DNA of 64,000 nucleotides from a bacterium (GTDB lineage Bacteria; Patescibacteriota; Patescibacteriia; Patescibacteriales; GWC2-42-12): NCBI GenBank assembly GCA_030650415.1, contig JAUSEG010000042.1, positions 15,052 to 79,051 of the forward strand, read 5' to 3'. Shown piece by piece: positions 60,245 to 64,000 of this stretch (position 1 is its first letter; each line of letters starts with the position of its first letter). The notes under the pieces were generated by a model. It saw only the letters and a program-made list of their open reading frames with translations, ran no database searches and was not told where the DNA came from. The position numbers and the translations under genes were made by a program.

Positions 60245-60322
60245 GTCATCCCCGACCTGATCGGGGATCCAGAAATATGACTAAAGTACACAATCCTGAA
60301 TTCCCACCTGCGCGGGAATGAC
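60245..60322. repeat. 78-bp palindromic unit filling the porD-porA spacer
   Basis: GTCATCCCCGACCTGATCGGGGATCCAG...GAATTCCCACCTGCGCGGGAATGAC. Confidence 0.75.
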
Positions 60323-60334
60323 AAAAAAAATTTT

Positions 60335-61621
60335 ATGAATAACCAAAACAACCAACAACAAATGCTCGAGGGTTCGCGCGCCATCGCCTTAACCATAAAA
60401 AATATCGGTCCGGCGGTTATTTCCGCTTACCCGATTACCCCGCAGACGCATATTGTTGAAGATCTGGCTCAATTTAAAGCCGATGGCCAAGCCGAATATG
60501 AATACGTCCGAGCTGAATCCGAATTCGCGGCCGCTTCAATCGTAGCCGGCGCTTCGGCTGCCGGCGTTAGAACCTACAGCGCGACCAGCTCGCAAGGACT
60601 CCTCTTAATGATCGAGGTGGTTTACAATATCGCCGGCCTGCGCCTGCCCGTAGTCATGACCTGCGCCAATCGCGCGATCGGCGCGCCAATCAATATTTGG
60701 AATGATCAGCAGGACGTTATGGCCGCGCGCGATGCCGGTTGGATTTTACTCTTCGCCGAGAATCATCAAGAAGCGGTTAATCAGCATGTCATGGCTTTTA
60801 AAATCGCCGAGTCGCTTAAAATACCGGTTATGCTGAATGTTGACGGCTATATTATGACCCATACTTACGAACCGGTGATTATTCCCAGCGTTGAACAGAT
60901 AAAAACCTATCTGCCAGATTATACTCCCGAGGCCGGGCAATTTCTGGATACGGAAAACCCGGTAACTTTAGGCGCTCTAGCTACCCCGGCGCACTATATG
61001 GAAATCAGGCAGGAACTTCATGATGATTTGATCTCCAGCCTTAAAACTATTGATCAGGAATATAAAAAATTTAATTCCACTGTCATCCTGGAGGGAGCGA
61101 AACGACCGATAGGATCTCATGGTAAATTGCAGGAACTACGAGATTCTATCGCCTTCGGCTCCAGAATGACAATAATAGATAACGGCTTGCTTGAATATAC
61201 CGGTCCAAAATCTCCGCACACCATAATTATAGCCATGGGCTCGGTAATTGGCACTATCAAAGACACAATTTTTAATCCTCCCTTGAGCGGTTCCCCCTTG
61301 ATAAAGGGGGTTAGGGGGATTTTCAACACAGGGGGAATTGGCATCTTAAAAATTAAATGCTTCCGCCCTTTCCCCTCGGAGCAAATTTTAAAAATTATTA
61401 AATCAGCCAGAAATATTGTAGTTATAGATAAGTCCATTTCGCTCGGAGCGATCGGTCCGTTAGCTTCGGAAATTAAAACGATTGCCCAAGGAAAAACCAA
61501 CGCCAACATCAGGAGTTTCGTCGTCGGCCTAGGCGGTCGCGATATAACTAAGGAGACAATTAAAACCATAATTAAACAAGCCGGCAAAAAAAATAATCAG
61601 GCCAGCTTTATCGGCAGATAA
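60335..61621 (+). CDS. porA: PFOR alpha subunit
   Basis: EGSRAIALT...ISAYPITPQT...YVRAESEFAA.S...GAS.AG.RT..ATSSQGL.LM. Contains two repeat-derived in-frame insertions. Confidence 0.88.
   Translation: MNNQNNQQQMLEGSRAIALTIKNIGPAVISAYPITPQTHIVEDLAQFKADGQAEYEYVRAESEFAAASIVAGASAAGVRTYSATSSQGLLLMIEVVYNIAGLRLPVVMTCANRAIGAPINIWNDQQDVMAARDAGWILLFAENHQEAVNQHVMAFKIAESLKIPVMLNVDGYIMTHTYEPVIIPSVEQIKTYLPDYTPEAGQFLDTENPVTLGALATPAHYMEIRQELHDDLISSLKTIDQEYKKFNSTVILEGAKRPIGSHGKLQELRDSIAFGSRMTIIDNGLLEYTGPKSPHTIIIAMGSVIGTIKDTIFNPPLSGSPLIKGVRGIFNTGGIGILKIKCFRPFPSEQILKIIKSARNIVVIDKSISLGAIGPLASEIKTIAQGKTNANIRSFVVGLGGRDITKETIKTIIKQAGKKNNQASFIGR
61082..61170. repeat. ~90-bp GTCATCCTGGAG...CTCCAGAATGAC palindromic element inserted in frame in porA
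   Basis: It starts on a codon boundary and is translated as VILEGAKRPIGSHGKLQELRDSIAFGSRMT. It is homologous to the intergenic 43141-43252. Confidence 0.7.
61293..61321 (+). repeat. hairpin+G-run repeat inserted in frame in porA
   Basis: CCCCCTTGATAAAGGGGGTTAGGGGGATT is translated as PLIKGVRGI, in the same frame as the topA copy. Confidence 0.75.
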
Positions 61622-61645
61622 GCTGTTAATGACGATCGGATTATA

Positions 61646-61673
61646 TTGACAAAATTATTAGCTATGTTATTAT
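61646..61673 (+). promoter_or_regulatory. candidate toxin-antitoxin promoter (TTGACA-N16-TGtTATTAT) with palindromic operator-like repeats to 61706
   Basis: Consensus -35 and an extended -10. GTTATTATAAATATAAC / GTTATAAATAATATAAC palindromes overlap the -10 and leader. Confidence 0.4.
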
Positions 61674-61706
61674 AAATATAACAAACGTTATAAATAATAT
61701 AACATT

Positions 61707-62330
61707 ATGATATTTAATCAACCCTTAAATTCAATCTTCGGCCAAAAAACAAAAATTAATATTTTAAGGCATCTCGCGCTTTACCGAAAAGAAGCGGCCA
61801 CGCGGGAGCTGGCCAGAGAAACCGGCATCGCCGCCCCGAATATTTTAAAACTGCTGAAAGAGCTTGAGGCGGAGAATATCCTAATCAGCAAAAAAATCGG
61901 AAATTCAATCTCCTATTCCTTAAATCGCGCGAATTTACTGGTTAAAAAAATAATCTTGCCGGCTTTCAACTATGAAAATAACCTGACGAACGAACTTGGC
62001 TCTTATTTAGCGGCTAGCCTGAAGCTGCCGATAATCTCCATTATTTTATTCGGCAGCCGAGCTAGGGGCGAGGAGAAGCCGGAGAGCGACATTGATTTGG
62101 CATTCATAGTAAGAGCGGGCGATGAAGCCAGGTGCGAAACAAAAATAATTAATTTAAATCCGGCCATAAGCTTGAGCTTCGGATCTTCTATCGCCCCGCT
62201 TATCTATTCAACGGCTAAATTTTCGGCTAAAGCCAAGAGCCGGGAACCGCTCGTAAAGAATATCATCAAAGAAGGCAGAATAATTTACGGCCGGCTTTTG
62301 AGCGACCTTATCTATGCCAACAAAAGTTAA
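61707..62330 (+). CDS. wHTH + minimal nucleotidyltransferase (MNT/MntA-like antitoxin)
   Basis: LFGSRARGEEKPESDIDLAFIV is the GSxxRG..x..SDxD NTase motif. The N-terminus is HTH-like (ATRELARETGIAAPNILKLLKELE). Confidence 0.8.
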   Translation: MIFNQPLNSIFGQKTKINILRHLALYRKEAATRELARETGIAAPNILKLLKELEAENILISKKIGNSISYSLNRANLLVKKIILPAFNYENNLTNELGSYLAASLKLPIISIILFGSRARGEEKPESDIDLAFIVRAGDEARCETKIINLNPAISLSFGSSIAPLIYSTAKFSAKAKSREPLVKNIIKEGRIIYGRLLSDLIYANKS

Positions 62331-62715
62331 AAATGAAACCAGCTGGAAAAATTATTTGATAAAGGCCGAGCAATTTTTTGAAACTGCCGGAGCGGCCTAT
62401 CGCGGCGAGAACTGGAATGCCGTTGGGTTAAATGCCGTTCACTCTGCCATTTCCGCTAATGACGCGATTACAATTTATTTAAAAAGAATAAGATCGGCGA
62501 GCGAAAAACACAGCGATGCCGTTGATTTATTTTTAAACGTTTTTAATAATCATAAAGAGGCGCGCGAATTTTCTTCTCACTTGCTCTGGCTGCTTAGCAG
62601 AAAAAGCCTGGTTGAATACGAAGCGCGATTATTCTATAGAAAAGAGGCGGAAGATTCAATAAAACACGCGGAACGTTTTTTAAGATGGATAAAAGATCAT
62701 TTGCCAAGATCATAA
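62314..62715 (+). CDS. HEPN domain protein (HepT-like toxin)
   Basis: A 17-nt overlap with the MNT gene, an RSASEKHSD Rx4-6H motif, and a helical composition. Confidence 0.8.
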   Translation: MPTKVKNETSWKNYLIKAEQFFETAGAAYRGENWNAVGLNAVHSAISANDAITIYLKRIRSASEKHSDAVDLFLNVFNNHKEAREFSSHLLWLLSRKSLVEYEARLFYRKEAEDSIKHAERFLRWIKDHLPRS

Positions 62716-62747
62716 TAAAAAGGGCTCTCCATTAATAATAACCACCT

Positions 62748-62981
62748 GTCATTGCGAGCTCCTTGTCATTCCCGCGTCCTTTCTGTCATTCCCGCGTAGG
62801 CGGGAATCCAGGGGAGAGAAGCGGAAACGTTACTATTGCTCGCCTATTTATTTAAAATTTTTATATTGTTTAGAGTTTAGAAGAGATGATATGTTTTTAC
62901 TGCTCGCCCCTGGATTCCCTGCCTGCCGGCAGGCAGGCCGCCTGCGCGGGAATGACAAAAAAATTAGTCGCTCGCAATGAC
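62748..62981. repeat. nested repeat cluster (outer GTCATTGCGAG...CTCGCAATGAC; inner ~172-bp MITE-like 62785-62956)
   Basis: The inner element is GTCATTCCCGCGTAGGCGGGAATCCAGG...CCCTGGATTCC[CTGCCTGCCGGCAGGCAGG]CCGCCTGCGCGGGAATGAC, with a nested palindrome in the right end. Confidence 0.7.
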
Positions 62982-63019
62982 AGTACAAAATAATTTTATG
63001 ATTAAAAATTAAAAACTCT

Positions 63020-63892
63020 ATGAAATCTTTCCCAAAAATTTTAATCACTCTTTTTCTGACAGTCTTTATTTTACAGATGATTTGCCTATTTTTCTTATTG
63101 GCCGCACCGGTGGCCAGCCAGGCGATTGAATTCAAGCCCCAAGTCGGCATACCTAACTCGGGTTTTGAAAATGGTTATAAATTCAGCGAAAACGACTCTA
63201 CCGCACCGATTGCTAAATATATTAGAGCCATCTATAACTACGCCATCGGTATTATCGGCATCTTGGCCGCCGTGATCTTAATGTATGGCGGCGTGCTTTG
63301 GATCGTGGCCGGCGGAAATTCTTCGCAGATCAGCGAAGCCAAGTCCTGGATCGGCGCCGCTCTGACCGGTTTGGTTTTAGCTCTAACCTCGTATTTAATC
63401 TTAAACACAATTAATCCGGCGCTGGTGAATTTGCAAATTTCCAAAGTGCCGGGGGTAGGGGAATTTATTGGTGGTTGTTGCATACCGCCAACAAATTCAA
63501 CGGCAAATTCAAGTATAGATAATTCTACCGAAGAAGATTGTAAAAAAATCACTGGAAGTACGTTTGTAAAAAAGCAAACATGTTCTAATGTTCTTGGAAG
63601 CTGTGAATACACAAAAACAACAGGAGGAAGTACCTGCCGAAATGATATAAAAGAAAATGATTGCAGAACAAAGAAGGGTAAATTTATCGCAAGACAAACC
63701 TGCCCCGTTTATTCGTGTTGCAGTTACTCTACAGGAGGGTTTACCGGAACTTTAATATGCACTGATACTTTTGGTGTATTTACTAAAGAAGACTGCGAGG
63801 CCACTGCTAAACAGCAAAATTCAACATTCATAAATTTTGAACGGGACGGAGCATGCTCAGACACTGCGGGTAAAGGTTGCGAACCAAGGTAA
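63020..63892 (+). CDS. VirB2/TrbC-like pilin-module protein with Cys-rich C-terminal domain (290 aa)
   Basis: Signal peptide, then IGIIGILAAVILMYGGVLWIVAGGNSSQISEAKSWIGAALTGLVLALTSYLIL (the same two-helix module as the giant genes), then a C-rich tail. Confidence 0.75.
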   Translation: MKSFPKILITLFLTVFILQMICLFFLLAAPVASQAIEFKPQVGIPNSGFENGYKFSENDSTAPIAKYIRAIYNYAIGIIGILAAVILMYGGVLWIVAGGNSSQISEAKSWIGAALTGLVLALTSYLILNTINPALVNLQISKVPGVGEFIGGCCIPPTNSTANSSIDNSTEEDCKKITGSTFVKKQTCSNVLGSCEYTKTTGGSTCRNDIKENDCRTKKGKFIARQTCPVYSCCSYSTGGFTGTLICTDTFGVFTKEDCEATAKQQNSTFINFERDGACSDTAGKGCEPR

Positions 63893-64000
63893 GAAATAAA
63901 TAGACTTAATATGTTCTACTTCACAAAATACGCCGACCCGCCTACTCCGCCGGCCGGCGGCTACGGCGAGGCAAAAATAAATTTGATATTCTATTGTAAT

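Noticed and set aside
40541-62981. CRISPR array interpretation of the abundant short palindromic repeats
   Set aside because: The units are heterogeneous in length and sequence and are nested or inverted. They are scattered singly between genes rather than regularly spaced with unique spacers. No cas genes are seen.
63911-64000. ORF starting MFYFTKYADPPTPPAGGYGEAK at the right edge
   Set aside because: Only 30 codons are visible. It overlaps a GC-rich perfect palindrome (CCGCCGGCCGGCGG) of the repeat type that generates spurious PPAGG peptides elsewhere, so it cannot be supported.

Overview
This window reads like part of a small, AT-leaning, streamlined bacterial genome of the Patescibacteria/CPR type. 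That assignment is an inference from gene content: compact housekeeping genes, class III RNR, PFOR, many secreted Asp-rich repeat proteins and VirB2-like pilin modules. Genetic code 11 applies: RF2 is present and TGA is used as a stop.

Housekeeping genes on the minus strand:
- prfB, with the classical +1 frameshift site
- nrdR-nrdD-nrdG
- ftsA-ftsZ, dgkA, ybeY, rpsU, yqeY-like, hisS, lepB, rsmA, leuS, pdaD and a LigD-PE-like gene

Housekeeping genes on the plus strand:
- relA/spoT, an LCP-family gene, der, pth, dprA, topA and a dsbA-like gene
- porG-porD-porA
- an MNT/HEPN toxin-antitoxin pair

Accessory content:
1. An AT-rich decayed restriction island at about 7.5-12.7 kb. It holds two dinD paralogs, a Bro-N gene, an intact DpnI-like enzyme, a truncated Dam/DpnA-like methylase, a MutH/Sau3AI-like fragment and two tiny methylase C-terminal remnants.
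2. Two tandem giant surface-protein genes (about 2500 and 990 aa) and a 290-aa paralog. All three share a two-helix VirB2/TrbC-like pilin module fused to Cys-rich ectodomains.
3. A very dense population of palindromic repeats in at least four families: GTCAT...ATGAC composites, CCCCGT[GT]A...T[AC]ACGGGG, CCCCCTTTAACAAAGGGGG-N3-GGGGGAT, and ATGAAT/ATTCAT arrays.

The most interesting pattern involves the three small GIY-YIG nuclease genes. Two of them sit inside elements bounded by terminal inverted repeats of these same families. One has 29/29 perfect TIRs. Cargo-less miniature versions are scattered through intergenic spacers, overlap start codons, nest inside one another, and are inserted in frame in essential genes (topA, rsmA, porA). 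I interpret this as a candidate, apparently undescribed autonomous/non-autonomous mobile-element system built on lone GIY-YIG nucleases.

Other oddities are a class III RNR whose glycyl-radical tail is a separate in-frame mini-ORF behind a 66-nt stop-containing repeat spacer, and a por operon lacking porB. All similarity statements come from reading the translations and from memory of the families. No searches were run.
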